Below are positions 21,191-30,813 of a DNA stretch of 64,000 nt, piece after piece. Location of the stretch: positions 576,001-640,000 of the forward strand of contig OZ243974.1 in assembly GCA_965214775.1 (NCBI GenBank), in the 5' to 3' direction. How positions within the stretch are numbered: position 1 is the stretch's first letter; each line of letters starts with the position of its first letter. Source of the stretch: Nitrosopumilus sp. GTDB lineage: Archaea; Thermoproteota; Nitrososphaeria; Nitrososphaerales; Nitrosopumilaceae. The notes below the pieces were generated by a model that worked only from the letters and a program-made list of their open reading frames with translations, was not told where the DNA came from and made no database searches. The translations under genes and the position numbers were made by a program.

Positions 21191-22312
21191 GTGAACGCAA
21201 GATCCCTACGTGCAAGACAGATCATGGAGACTCCCGGACACGCTACACAGATCATCGGTACGAATGATTTCAGGGTCAGATCCCAGTCCGACCCATCCAA
21301 GTTCTATACGGTATCCAGGACGGGCAGCGGGCTGGTCTGCGAGTGTCCGGACCACCGGAACAGAAGGGCAGACTGCAAGCACATCAAGGTCATACTGGAG
21401 TATATGAGAAGGAACGTGTTCGGACACGAGGGATTCAGGATCATGGAACGGAGCAAGCTGAACCTGTGCAAGTTCTGCGACTCGGGCAATATCGTAAAGG
21501 CCGGACTGAAAAGGAACAAAAAGTCCACGGTACAGAGGTTCAAATGTGCAGACTGCAAGAGGAGGTTTACTACAAACTTTGGTTTTGAGAAGAAGCAGTA
21601 TGACAACAGGATTATCACCGGGGCCCTACAGATGTACTATACTGGAATGTCAGTCCGTGATATAGCGGATCATTACGAGATGATGGGAACCGACGTATCG
21701 TTTAGAACCATATACAACTGGGTTGACGAGTACTCCCGGCTCACGTCCAAATACCTCAACGGCATAGTTCCAAGGGTCGGGAACTGGTTCAGGGCAGACG
21801 AGGTATGGATGAAAATCAACGGCATGCAGTGCTATCTTTTTGCCTCAATGGATGATGATACCCGCTACTGGCTGGCCTCCGACCTGGCAACAACCAAGTT
21901 CCAGCACAATGCGGATTCGCTGCTGGACATGACCAAGAAACAGGCCGGAAAGACACCAAGAAACTTCATCACGGACGGCCTGCCAGCCTATGCCAAGTCC
22001 TCAAGGAGGATATTCGGAAAGGGTACGAACCACGTGAAGCACATCCACCTGGCCGGAAAAAGAGACCGCGATAACAACAACAAGATGGAGAGGCTCAACG
22101 GCGAGATCAGGGACCGTGAGAAGGTGTTCAGAGGATTGAAAAAGACGGATACGGCCATACTTGACGGAATGAGGGTCTATTACAACTATACGAAAAAGCA
22201 CGGTGCACTGGACGGCCAGACCCCGGCAGAATCGGCCCTGATAAGCGTGGATGGCACAAACAAGTGGAAGACTATCGTCCAGAATGCCAGTTTAAGCAGT
22301 GCAACGGAATGA
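21191..22312 (+). CDS. IS6-like DDE transposase with SWIM and Zn-ribbon domains
   Basis: CECPD..CKH; CKFC..FKCADC; FRADE, ITDG, NNKMERLNGEIRDR. Confidence 0.9.
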   Translation: MNARSLRARQIMETPGHATQIIGTNDFRVRSQSDPSKFYTVSRTGSGLVCECPDHRNRRADCKHIKVILEYMRRNVFGHEGFRIMERSKLNLCKFCDSGNIVKAGLKRNKKSTVQRFKCADCKRRFTTNFGFEKKQYDNRIITGALQMYYTGMSVRDIADHYEMMGTDVSFRTIYNWVDEYSRLTSKYLNGIVPRVGNWFRADEVWMKINGMQCYLFASMDDDTRYWLASDLATTKFQHNADSLLDMTKKQAGKTPRNFITDGLPAYAKSSRRIFGKGTNHVKHIHLAGKRDRDNNNKMERLNGEIRDREKVFRGLKKTDTAILDGMRVYYNYTKKHGALDGQTPAESALISVDGTNKWKTIVQNASLSSATE

Positions 22313-22360
22313 TTTTTGAGAAGATCCATATCCCCAAGATTGCACAGAACCTGGGTTGCT

Positions 22361-22501
22361 TAGTTTGTTGCATAACTTCCTTTTTCGTCAAAAAACTCCT
22401 GATTTCGATCACAAATAGAGCCGAAATCAACTGTGGTTTTTATCTGGATTTATCATTTAGGGTGAATTCAAGTAAAAAAAATTGAGTTATGCAACAAACT
22501 A
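22361..22501. mobile_element. MITE family E (141 bp)
   Basis: 17-bp TIR TAGTTTGTTGCATAACT; 8-bp TSD GGGTTGCT. Confidence 0.9.
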
Positions 22502-22679
22502 GGGTTGCTCTGCAGGTAACCGTCTAGGTCGCCCCGGTTTTCAGCCACAATCAAAACTCCCTGCAGCAAAATTCGTGCCTGCGCGCTGCTGTAGTATGTA
22601 CAGTTAGAAACCGAATGTTCTCGCGTCAAAATAGGCATGATATGACAGTATCATAATCCGTTATTTGGTGAGCGTACCA

Positions 22680-22700
22680 TAGGCAGGGGCTATCCTATTA
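22680..22700. mobile_element. Single end of MITE family D
   Basis: TAGGCAGGGGCTATCCTATTA, identical to 58031-58051. Confidence 0.7.
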
Positions 22701-22795
22701 CGTTATACCCGTCACAGACCACGCCGTCAAGCAGGATGGGGCAGTTACGGTTGCACCTGCTCGGTATGCCGACATATCTGCCCCAGCCACTCGTC

Positions 22796-23548
22796 TCATA
22801 CCAGCTCCGCTATGAGGGAGTTCACGTATTGGGAGAGCGTCATCTGGCGCCTCTTCGTCTCGCGGTTCAGTGCTGCAAACGAGTCGTCGTCCATGCGTAT
22901 AACGATTATCCGGCCCCTGACCCTTATCCCGTGGATCTCCCCGCCGAGCAGGCCTGACAGCCCCCCTGCAATCCCGCCCGTATCGGAGGCCACGGGATCG
23001 CAGAGCCCCTGATCCAGCGTGCAGCATGCCACGTTGACCACCGTCCTTGCCGGCCTTATCTTGAGGATCCGCTCGATGCACTGCTCCATGGGTATGTCCC
23101 TGCGCTCCCTTCTCAGCCGGACTATCTTTTGTGCCTCCTCCTTTGTTATTCCGCGTTCCAGTGCGGACTGGATTACCATGTCCTGCTCGTGGTGGCTTTC
23201 CAGCTTTGCTATCTCTGCTGCAGTGGAAAAGGCGATTCGTCCCGGATCCGACCTGCCAAATCCCAGCGCCATGCTGCTGCGCGGGGAAAGCCTCAGGAGG
23301 TTCAGAAAGCACCTGAGCTGTGTCGTGTCCTCCCTCCGGTAGGCATCGCCGGTCTTGCCCCTGCCCAGGCCGAGCCGCCGCGCCGTCTCGTGCAGGGGCT
23401 CGTTGTTCTCCCTGATCATTCTTTCAATCTGCCGCGCGACCTCTATCGGGGCCAGGGGCCGGTCTCCCTTGATTGGGCTTCCCTGCACGCCGACGCTCAT
23501 TATCAGATCGGCATACTGGGCGCTGTCATCTACAAGCCTGGACGCCAT
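22796..23548 (-). CDS. DNA-binding protein (ParB-type central HTH, RHH-like C-terminus)
   Basis: LAPIEVA..ETARRLG..LLRL..IAFSTAAEIAKL; start reassigned to MASRLV. Confidence 0.65.
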   Translation of the reverse strand: MASRLVDDSAQYADLIMSVGVQGSPIKGDRPLAPIEVARQIERMIRENNEPLHETARRLGLGRGKTGDAYRREDTTQLRCFLNLLRLSPRSSMALGFGRSDPGRIAFSTAAEIAKLESHHEQDMVIQSALERGITKEEAQKIVRLRRERRDIPMEQCIERILKIRPARTVVNVACCTLDQGLCDPVASDTGGIAGGLSGLLGGEIHGIRVRGRIIVIRMDDDSFAALNRETKRRQMTLSQYVNSLIAELV

Positions 23549-23704
23549 CCCGTTTCCCCTAGGGGTCAGGCCCCCCTGCAACGATGCCCACTGCGGCCTC
23601 CTATCGTGTCTCCCATAAGGGTAATGAGATGTGGCATCTTTTAGAGCTATTGGAGAATCTGATCTCCCGCAATATGAAACGGCACGACGGCAACACTGAA
23701 TAGC

Positions 23705-25015
23705 ATGCAGGATATAGAAGGCGCATTGAGCAGAGTAATCCGACCAGACAACTCGAAGGAGTTTCTCAAAAAGACGATCAGGGAAAACGCGGACAGCTAT
23801 GGCAGCTGCTATGTCAAGCTTGCCATTGTAAAGCAGGACAGGGTAAACTATCTGTACCTGGCAGACATAAGGATCCAGCACGGAAAAGAACCACAAATAA
23901 AAGAAGCAATTTATGACTATCAGGACGCGGTTCTGGCCACCATACCTGTCAAGCTACACGACCTGCAAGGACTAATCGATGAGCTGGAGTCAGGACAGAT
24001 CGTCGTCGGATCCCTGAAAGACATCAAGGCAAAGGGAGGTTTTGAAAACGATATCCACGTGGTCCCTAGCAGGACAAGATACGCGGGTTTTTACGAGGAA
24101 TGGCCCTCGCGGTGTCTCAGGTACTCATTAGACCAAAAAGTAGCTCTCAATAACGTTGCCAGCCATTTAGTAAGGCTTGGACAGCCCTCCTATCCCAGCC
24201 TGCTTGAGGCATGCCGTGTGTTTTTTGGTCACGAGTACAATCCGGCCCAGTACGGTCCAGTGTGCATCAACTTTATGATTCCTGACTTTAGGGCAAGAAT
24301 AAAAACTTTGGAAATCGGGGGAAGGCAGATATCCGTCATTGCCGAACGGCGCGAACAGCCAATGGAAGGCCTCAGAGTCAAGATTTACAGTGCCGGGGGA
24401 GCAGGCAGATTCCACCATTCTGAAGACCTGAATTTGGACTCCTCGGGGTGCGCAAAGATCCATCTGGCATTTGTCCCTGATCAGGTCTACGCCTGGCTGA
24501 TTGATCTGAAAGGCAACGTGCTGGATTGGAAGGAATTCGGGCATCCATACACCAAAAATGACGGCGTGATAGTAAGGACCACCGTCGAGAGCCTTGAGTC
24601 CATGATTGCGGCCGGGGAGGGCCAAAATGTTGAGTTCAAAAGAGATCTGGACGGCAAGACAGACGAGTTTCTCGAATCGGTGGTCTCTTTTGCAAATACT
24701 GACGGCGGCATCATCCTGCTTGGCATAGATGACAGGGGCAGAACAGTCGGGCATTTTGAAGACATTGAGAAGACTGAAAGGAAAATACGGGGGCTGGTCA
24801 GCGGACGCTGTGAGCCAGACATAAACATCAGCATGGAAGAGGTCGGCATGGAAAATAGTCAGGTGGTGATAGTCAGGATAGGGGAGGGGAAAAACAAGCC
24901 GTATTTGCTAAACGGAAAGTCTGCCTACAAGCGAGTGGGGGAAAGAGACCTTGCCTTCAAGCGGCTTGATTTTGATACTGCCTATAATGAAAAACGCGAT
25001 CCCCCAACTAAGTAA
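23705..25015 (+). CDS. Protein with C-terminal AlbA_2/Schlafen domain
   Basis: GEGQNVEFKR..VVSFANTDGGIILLGIDD. Confidence 0.88.
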   Translation: MQDIEGALSRVIRPDNSKEFLKKTIRENADSYGSCYVKLAIVKQDRVNYLYLADIRIQHGKEPQIKEAIYDYQDAVLATIPVKLHDLQGLIDELESGQIVVGSLKDIKAKGGFENDIHVVPSRTRYAGFYEEWPSRCLRYSLDQKVALNNVASHLVRLGQPSYPSLLEACRVFFGHEYNPAQYGPVCINFMIPDFRARIKTLEIGGRQISVIAERREQPMEGLRVKIYSAGGAGRFHHSEDLNLDSSGCAKIHLAFVPDQVYAWLIDLKGNVLDWKEFGHPYTKNDGVIVRTTVESLESMIAAGEGQNVEFKRDLDGKTDEFLESVVSFANTDGGIILLGIDDRGRTVGHFEDIEKTERKIRGLVSGRCEPDINISMEEVGMENSQVVIVRIGEGKNKPYLLNGKSAYKRVGERDLAFKRLDFDTAYNEKRDPPTK

Positions 25016-25020
25016 TTCAT

Positions 25021-25099
25021 AAGACCTTATGTGAATTTGCCAAAAATGACGCAAAAGCTGCATGATTTTTTTGGTCTACACCGATTACGCATAAGGCTA
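25021..25099. mobile_element. MITE family C
   Basis: Homologous to 30406-30485. Confidence 0.8.
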
Positions 25100-25231
25100 C
25101 TGGAAACAAAATGCACTGTTTTATGACCAGAGTGGAAATGTTGGTAAGGGATATCTGATCACATACAATGCATTATTACAATAACACAATAACCTAGATC
25201 CTTATTACTGGCTAGAAGATCCGATCATATC

Positions 25232-26110
25232 ATGTCATTAGATATTCGGATTTGGGATGTCAATCATGGAAATTCTGCTTCTATAAAATTGCCTAATGGA
25301 AAGGTAATAATGATTGATTGCGCAAGAAATCCCGATACTGGTTTTTCTCCCATAATGTTAACTAAGAACATGTGGAGCTGTGAAAGTTTAGATTATCTCA
25401 TAATTAGTCATCCACATATGGATCATATTAGTGATTTTTTAAGAATTGATGAAGTATATCCTGATAAATTTAGGCGTCCTCCCGTTCCGAAAAAAAAGTT
25501 ACTCTATAATGATAAAGGTGAGAAATTAACTGGTACAAAATTAGATATCATAAACAAATACATTGAACTAGATAGCAATTTCACAGAACCTGTAGCATCT
25601 GACGACAAACTTGAAGCTGCTGAGTGGGGTGGAAAAAATGTGAATATTGAGACATTTAGATGGAAGGGGGAACACGATGATCTAAACGATTATAGCTACG
25701 TCACTTTTCTTTCCTACGGTTCATTTCATTATGCTAATGGAGGCGACATAACTTCAACTGGTTGGGAAAAACTGATAGAACAAGAAGGAGCTGCATTCAA
25801 AAAGAAACTTGCTAAAGTGAATTTTTTCGAAGCGTCCCATCATGGGAGAAAAGAGGGATTCAATTCAATTATTTTTGAAGATATGAATCCATATTTGGTA
25901 TTAATTTCTGATAAGAAAGAACAGGATACTAGTGTGACGGATCGTTATTCTAAATATTGTCAGGGTTGGGATATTAACAACGAAAACTCAAATAAAAAAG
26001 AAAAAGGAAGAAAAGTACTTACCACAAGGAATGATGGCAGAATAAGAATTGAAGTTAACGACAAATATGACCATGAAGTAGGAGTTAAAACCTTCAATCG
26101 TTACTTGTAA
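25232..26110 (+). CDS. ComEC/Rec2-type metallo-beta-lactamase-fold hydrolase
   Basis: DVNHGNS, MIDC, SHPHMDH, GGD, ASHHG. Confidence 0.9.
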   Translation: MSLDIRIWDVNHGNSASIKLPNGKVIMIDCARNPDTGFSPIMLTKNMWSCESLDYLIISHPHMDHISDFLRIDEVYPDKFRRPPVPKKKLLYNDKGEKLTGTKLDIINKYIELDSNFTEPVASDDKLEAAEWGGKNVNIETFRWKGEHDDLNDYSYVTFLSYGSFHYANGGDITSTGWEKLIEQEGAAFKKKLAKVNFFEASHHGRKEGFNSIIFEDMNPYLVLISDKKEQDTSVTDRYSKYCQGWDINNENSNKKEKGRKVLTTRNDGRIRIEVNDKYDHEVGVKTFNRYL

Positions 26111-26113
26111 TCC

Positions 26114-26714
26114 ATGTCAAACCCAAATGAAACAAATTGGCTCTCTGATTACTACCATCGAATTCAAACCGACTGTAAAATATCGCTAGATATACGTGGC
26201 CGAGTAACTAATTGGTCTTATGCATTAATTGCTACCGTAATAGCTGCCTATGTAGGTTTTTTTGCTGACGGAAATTTTGTAACTCCTTTAGGACGTTTTG
26301 GTTTAGTGTCGGGAGTTTTGTTCGTTCTAATCAAATTCTTTTTTACGTCTATGGTTGCTTATGGTTATTTTCTACGAGGTAGATATTTTCGAACTAGAAT
26401 AGAACAATACTGGATGAATAATAAACCAACATTGGATGAATAATAAACCAACATCGGATGAGATAAAACAAGACATAGAAAATTTCGATCATGGAAAATC
26501 GATGCCTAAAACAGGAAAAAATCTATTCGTGGGACAAATAAAATCTGGAGTTATTCTAATTTTAGTCATACCTGTAATTCCTCTTGGTATAGAATATCAT
26601 CTAAACTACAATTGGCATTACTATGTTATAGTTGCATCTCTTATAGGATATGTGATTCTTGAATTATTCAACTTCAAAAAATACGATCAAATGCAACCTT
26701 TAAAAAAATCTTAA
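26114..26714 (+). pseudogene. 4-TM membrane protein split by a 22-bp tandem duplication
   Basis: TGGATGAATAATAAACCAACAT x2 at 26411-26454 produces ORFs 26114-26443 and 26436-26714. Confidence 0.8.
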
Positions 26715-26736
26715 ATCTTTTACAACTTACCAATAA

Positions 26737-26816
26737 TAGACCTTATGCGCATTTGCCAAAAATGACGCAAGAGCTGCCTGATTTTTTTGATCTGCGCCGA
26801 TTACACATAAGATCTA
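26737..26816. mobile_element. MITE family C
   Basis: TAGACCTTATGCG...CACATAAGATCTA. Confidence 0.85.
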
Positions 26817-26857
26817 TTACAAAAGATTATAAAAATTGAGGACCAGCCGTATGTGAC

Positions 26858-28726
26858 ATGACGACTGAGGCAAGCAGAACCCTGTTCGGCGAGCAGATCA
26901 AGGACATCTGCGATCAGATGGGGGTGGAAAAGTCCGACGCCTTTCCAAGGTGGATATGCCAGAACATTCTGGGAATCACCGGCGAGGCAAACATAGACGA
27001 GGCAGTGTCAATCGGGGGCAAAAACGACTACGGCGTAGACATATTCTACGCAGACGAGACGGGCGACATCACAGAGCAGTACGTGTGCTGGATCCAGGCA
27101 AAGTTCGGCGAGGATCTGGATCGGACCGCCAAGCGGGAGGATCTGGAGTCCTTTGCAAGCACGCTGGGCCACCTGAGGGACTGCCCCGACTCTGCCAACC
27201 AGACCTTCAAGCAAAAGTCGGCAGAGTTCATCAGGATGGAGGCGCAGTACCCGCACATCAAAAAGAGGATGATCTTTGCGGTGACGGGCAGGCTCAACGA
27301 GCAGTCAAGGGAGATGGTCAGCAATCCGCGGTGGCTGGAAGAGAAGTTCGGTGCGGGGGGAGGACGCGACGCCAACGTCGACTTTGAGGTGCTGGATCTG
27401 GACGAGATCCTCTCGCGCATGACGATCAGGCACACGCCGACGCTGTCGGTCAAGTTTGACGGGGACGTCATAACGCGGACCGATCCGACCACCGGCAAAA
27501 AGTCGGTAATCGGGTACGTGGCAGCCGACGACCTCGTCAGGATGGCAGCAGAGCACAGGGAGACGATATTCCTTGAGAATCCCCAGCAGACGCTCGGAAA
27601 GGGCGTCCCCACCCACAAAGCAATTCTCAATACCCTTGAGGATGCCGACGGGCGAAGAAAGTTCTGGAAGCTCAACAACGGCATAACTGCCATCTGCACG
27701 GGCTTTGAGGCCGCAGATGACGGCACGTGCCGGATAGAGAACTTCAAGGTCGTAAACGGGAGGCAGACGACGTACACGCTGGAGAACCATACGGGCTCCC
27801 GCGACGGCGTGTACCTGCTGATGATAGTGCACGAGGCCGTAGATGACACCGAGCGCAACGAGATCAGCGAGGCCACGAACACGCAGAACCCGATCAAGCC
27901 CGTGGATCTGGTGACCAACTACCCGGAGATGACGGATCTGGTCCTGCAGTGCAGGAACAGCTTTTGCGACTTTTACTTTGAGAGGCAGACAAAGGGCTTC
28001 AAGTCCGCGAAAAAATCCACGCAGAACCGCGTCACGTGGCGGCGCGTGCTGGAGAAGAGCGCGGCCGCGCGGGCGTACTACGCGTACGAGATAGACCCCA
28101 ACGAGGCGATGCTGCCGGACAAGATCCTGTTTTCGGTTGCGGGCAACGGCGGCGGCGGGGGCAGCGGCCACTATGACAGGATATTCAGGAACCGGGACAT
28201 CGCAGACCTGATAATACCGCATATCTTCATGAGCATGCTTGAGGGCCTGCACAGGAGGTGGTGCGCCGAGCTGAAGGGCAGGCAGTCCGGCGAGTTATCA
28301 AGAAGCAAGGGAATCATCAGCAAGGACATCGTAAAGTACTACCTGCTGCACTTTATCTACAAGTCGATGCTGAGCATAGACGAGTCCGAGAGGCAGCGGA
28401 TCAAGGGCAGGCTGATAGGGACATTCCGCAGTCTGGGCAGAAGGGACGGGGATCCGGACGCGTTTCAGAGCATCGCCAAGTTGGCCTATGACATCTTCAT
28501 GCTGTGCTTTGACACCGAAAGGAGGGAGACGTGGCCCCCTGCACTCCTTGAGAAGATAGGCAGCGACAGGTACGAGGCAGACGAGCGCGACGTGCCAACC
28601 CCGTACGACATAATGTACATGCTCAGGCACAACGGCCCGAAGATCATACTGGACCTGCTGCGCGCAAGGGACCACCAGATAAAGCAGGTAGGCGACAACG
28701 TCAGGGCCGAGCTTCTCAAGCTTTGA
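26858..28726 (+). CDS. AIPR family protein
   Basis: DYGVD..IQAKF; FWKLNNGITAIC; VVNGRQTT; ATNTQNPIK. Confidence 0.9.
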   Translation: MTTEASRTLFGEQIKDICDQMGVEKSDAFPRWICQNILGITGEANIDEAVSIGGKNDYGVDIFYADETGDITEQYVCWIQAKFGEDLDRTAKREDLESFASTLGHLRDCPDSANQTFKQKSAEFIRMEAQYPHIKKRMIFAVTGRLNEQSREMVSNPRWLEEKFGAGGGRDANVDFEVLDLDEILSRMTIRHTPTLSVKFDGDVITRTDPTTGKKSVIGYVAADDLVRMAAEHRETIFLENPQQTLGKGVPTHKAILNTLEDADGRRKFWKLNNGITAICTGFEAADDGTCRIENFKVVNGRQTTYTLENHTGSRDGVYLLMIVHEAVDDTERNEISEATNTQNPIKPVDLVTNYPEMTDLVLQCRNSFCDFYFERQTKGFKSAKKSTQNRVTWRRVLEKSAAARAYYAYEIDPNEAMLPDKILFSVAGNGGGGGSGHYDRIFRNRDIADLIIPHIFMSMLEGLHRRWCAELKGRQSGELSRSKGIISKDIVKYYLLHFIYKSMLSIDESERQRIKGRLIGTFRSLGRRDGDPDAFQSIAKLAYDIFMLCFDTERRETWPPALLEKIGSDRYEADERDVPTPYDIMYMLRHNGPKIILDLLRARDHQIKQVGDNVRAELLKL

Positions 28727-28875
28727 GCATAGCGGTTCTACGAAATATCGCCATGATTTTTCCAAAAAACACGGCGAAGCTTGCAGTCATCCTTGCCGTT
28801 ATTTCATCAGGTTGGTTTCAACAATATGGTGTCAGCTAGGAAAAGATAAGCTAACAGAACCTTATGTCGTGACAG

Positions 28876-29082
28876 TCATACCGTGCGCCTATTCGCCTTC
28901 CTTTTCACTGCTTTCTGCGGTGCTGGCTTGTTCTCCTTCCTGCGACGGTCCCCATATGGCGGCTCTTGATGTATTACAGCGTAGCACTTGCGACACTGTA
29001 TTGTGCCCGTCTTTGCCGTTACGATTTCGTGCCCGCACCTGTGACATGAGACAAAGTGCCGCGTGGTGCCTGTTCCTGTCAT
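28876..29082 (-). CDS. Small Zn-ribbon protein
   Basis: CHRC..CRKC. Confidence 0.6.
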   Translation of the reverse strand: MTGTGTTRHFVSCHRCGHEIVTAKTGTIQCRKCYAVIHQEPPYGDRRRKENKPAPQKAVKRKANRRTV

Positions 29083-29235
29083 GCCCTTACATCCCCTTCT
29101 TACACGACGGAAATCGCGTCGAACGGACGTCGCGGTTTGTGCGGCCGCATGTCTCTATCACACAGACTGGCATATCTGCGACACTTTTCATCAGATTATA
29201 CGTTACGTAGCGCGCACAATTCTCGTATCGGGTCA

Positions 29236-29565
29236 TCATTGTGCGATCATTCCTCCTTTCCCTTCCATTGTTTTGTATTCTGCAAGGACTTTGCGCATGT
29301 CGAATTTCTCACGGGCGTAGCGTTTCGAGACTATGTCAAGTGCGATCTTGCACGGCTCATCATCTTTTCGCAGCGCGCAATAATCGCTGAAACTTTTGCG
29401 GGACGCAAAGACGGTGTCTACCATGTCCCATGCCATCTCCCATCCGTTAGCCGCTATCAGTTCCGACATTATGTAGTCGACGTGGCATTCCTCAGGCGTT
29501 ATTTTTTTCTCCACTCCTTCACGACTTTGTTTGTTATTTTTATCTTCGGTACGCAAGTACTGCAT
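29236..29565 (-). CDS. Hypothetical protein (true start may lie downstream)
   Basis: Co-oriented in a tight minus-strand cluster. Confidence 0.55.
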   Translation of the reverse strand: MQYLRTEDKNNKQSREGVEKKITPEECHVDYIMSELIAANGWEMAWDMVDTVFASRKSFSDYCALRKDDEPCKIALDIVSKRYAREKFDMRKVLAEYKTMEGKGGMIAQ

Positions 29566-29978
29566 ACGTCCCAGTCCTCGTTTACTGCGTGATTGTGTAT
29601 TGTTGTTGTTTTGCCGTTCTGTTCTTTACACAACCTGCACTCCCTGTGTCCGGACCATTTTTTATTGCTCCGTATTGTCTTTCTGTGTATTACTTTGCGT
29701 ATGCCCTGCGTCTTGACGTATCGCGAGTACGTTTCCTCATCATATTCTTCTGCGTCCTCTTTTGTGCTGACCGGTGTTATCGTTACACCGGCGTGTTCTA
29801 TCCGGTACTGTCCCTTCATTGCACGGGTGTATATATCGCGCATCCACTCTCTTGCGCCCGTCATGTCCGCATCCACGCTTTTCAGATATACACAGACCTT
29901 CATGTAGCCGGTTTTCATATTCTCCGTTACTACGGCGATCTTTTCCATTCTTCCGCTTTTTGTCTTTGTTGTTTTCAT
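29499..29978 (-). CDS. Hypothetical basic protein with C-terminal Zn finger
   Basis: CRLC..CSTC; abuts the neighbouring ORFs. Confidence 0.6.
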   Translation of the reverse strand: MKTTKTKSGRMEKIAVVTENMKTGYMKVCVYLKSVDADMTGAREWMRDIYTRAMKGQYRIEHAGVTITPVSTKEDAEEYDEETYSRYVKTQGIRKVIHRKTIRSNKKWSGHRECRLCKEQNGKTTTIHNHAVNEDWDVCSTCVPKIKITNKVVKEWRKK

Positions 29979-30274
29979 TTTACTTTTGCAGCCTCCTCAA
30001 GTTTTACGAGCTGTGCAAGACTCCTTTTCTCTTGTTCTTCATGTGTCGGCGGCGGTATCACCACAGATACAGGTTTTACGAGGTCGAGGATTGTTTCTCC
30101 GTATCTTTCGACATAATTCATTTTCCTGCCACATGCAAGGCATTCCAGTCTATACGACAGATTTACCAAATTGCATTTTCGTACGATTCTGACCTGTTCT
30201 ATTTTGCCGCAGTCAATGCAGAAATTGCAAAATGCCAGAGTAGGTTTTTCTACCGAGTTTGGCGTTTTGCTCAT
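29975..30274 (-). CDS. Small Zn-finger protein
   Basis: CIDC..CLAC. Confidence 0.6.
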   Translation of the reverse strand: MSKTPNSVEKPTLAFCNFCIDCGKIEQVRIVRKCNLVNLSYRLECLACGRKMNYVERYGETILDLVKPVSVVIPPPTHEEQEKRSLAQLVKLEEAAKVK

Positions 30275-30405
30275 GTCTTTATCTACATCGTTGTAGTATT
30301 TATATGCTGTAGCAGTTTGGACAGGAATGTTTACGTAGCAGGATAACCCCTGGTTATAATTGCATGTTAAATCAAGCTAATAAAATAAACTGAAAAACAA
30401 TTCTG

Positions 30406-30485
30406 TAGACCTTATGCGTATTTGCCAAAAATGACGCAAAAGCTGCCTGGTTTTTTTGATCTTCGTCGATTACGCATAAGGTCTA
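30406..30485. mobile_element. MITE family C (intact, 80 bp)
   Basis: TIR TAGACCTTATGCGTA/TACGCATAAGGTCTA. Confidence 0.9.
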
Positions 30486-30813
30486 GTGCTTAATCTTCTC
30501 AGACTGCAATACCAAAGCTGGGCGCCATTAAGGGGCACTGTCACCAGTCAAAGTATGATCTCGCAATCTCCGAATATTATGTTACATTTGAGATGATAAA
30601 GTGACGCTGTCTGAGTGCATGAGTGCATCCAATACACAGTTTGACATCATGAGATTCATTCGCAAAGGTTCACTACTCTTCATGGATTTATGATCGGCAA
30701 CATACAACACGTTAGAAAAATCACAAACCAGTAGTAATCAAGTATGGCTTTTGAATGGCTTATGAAACGATACTTAAGTACACGGCAAATTTTTGAAATA
30801 AATAAGATGATGG

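Noticed and set aside
23549-23896. N-terminal extension of ORF 22796-23896
   Set aside because: Antisense overlap with the AlbA_2 gene; the real start is probably 23548
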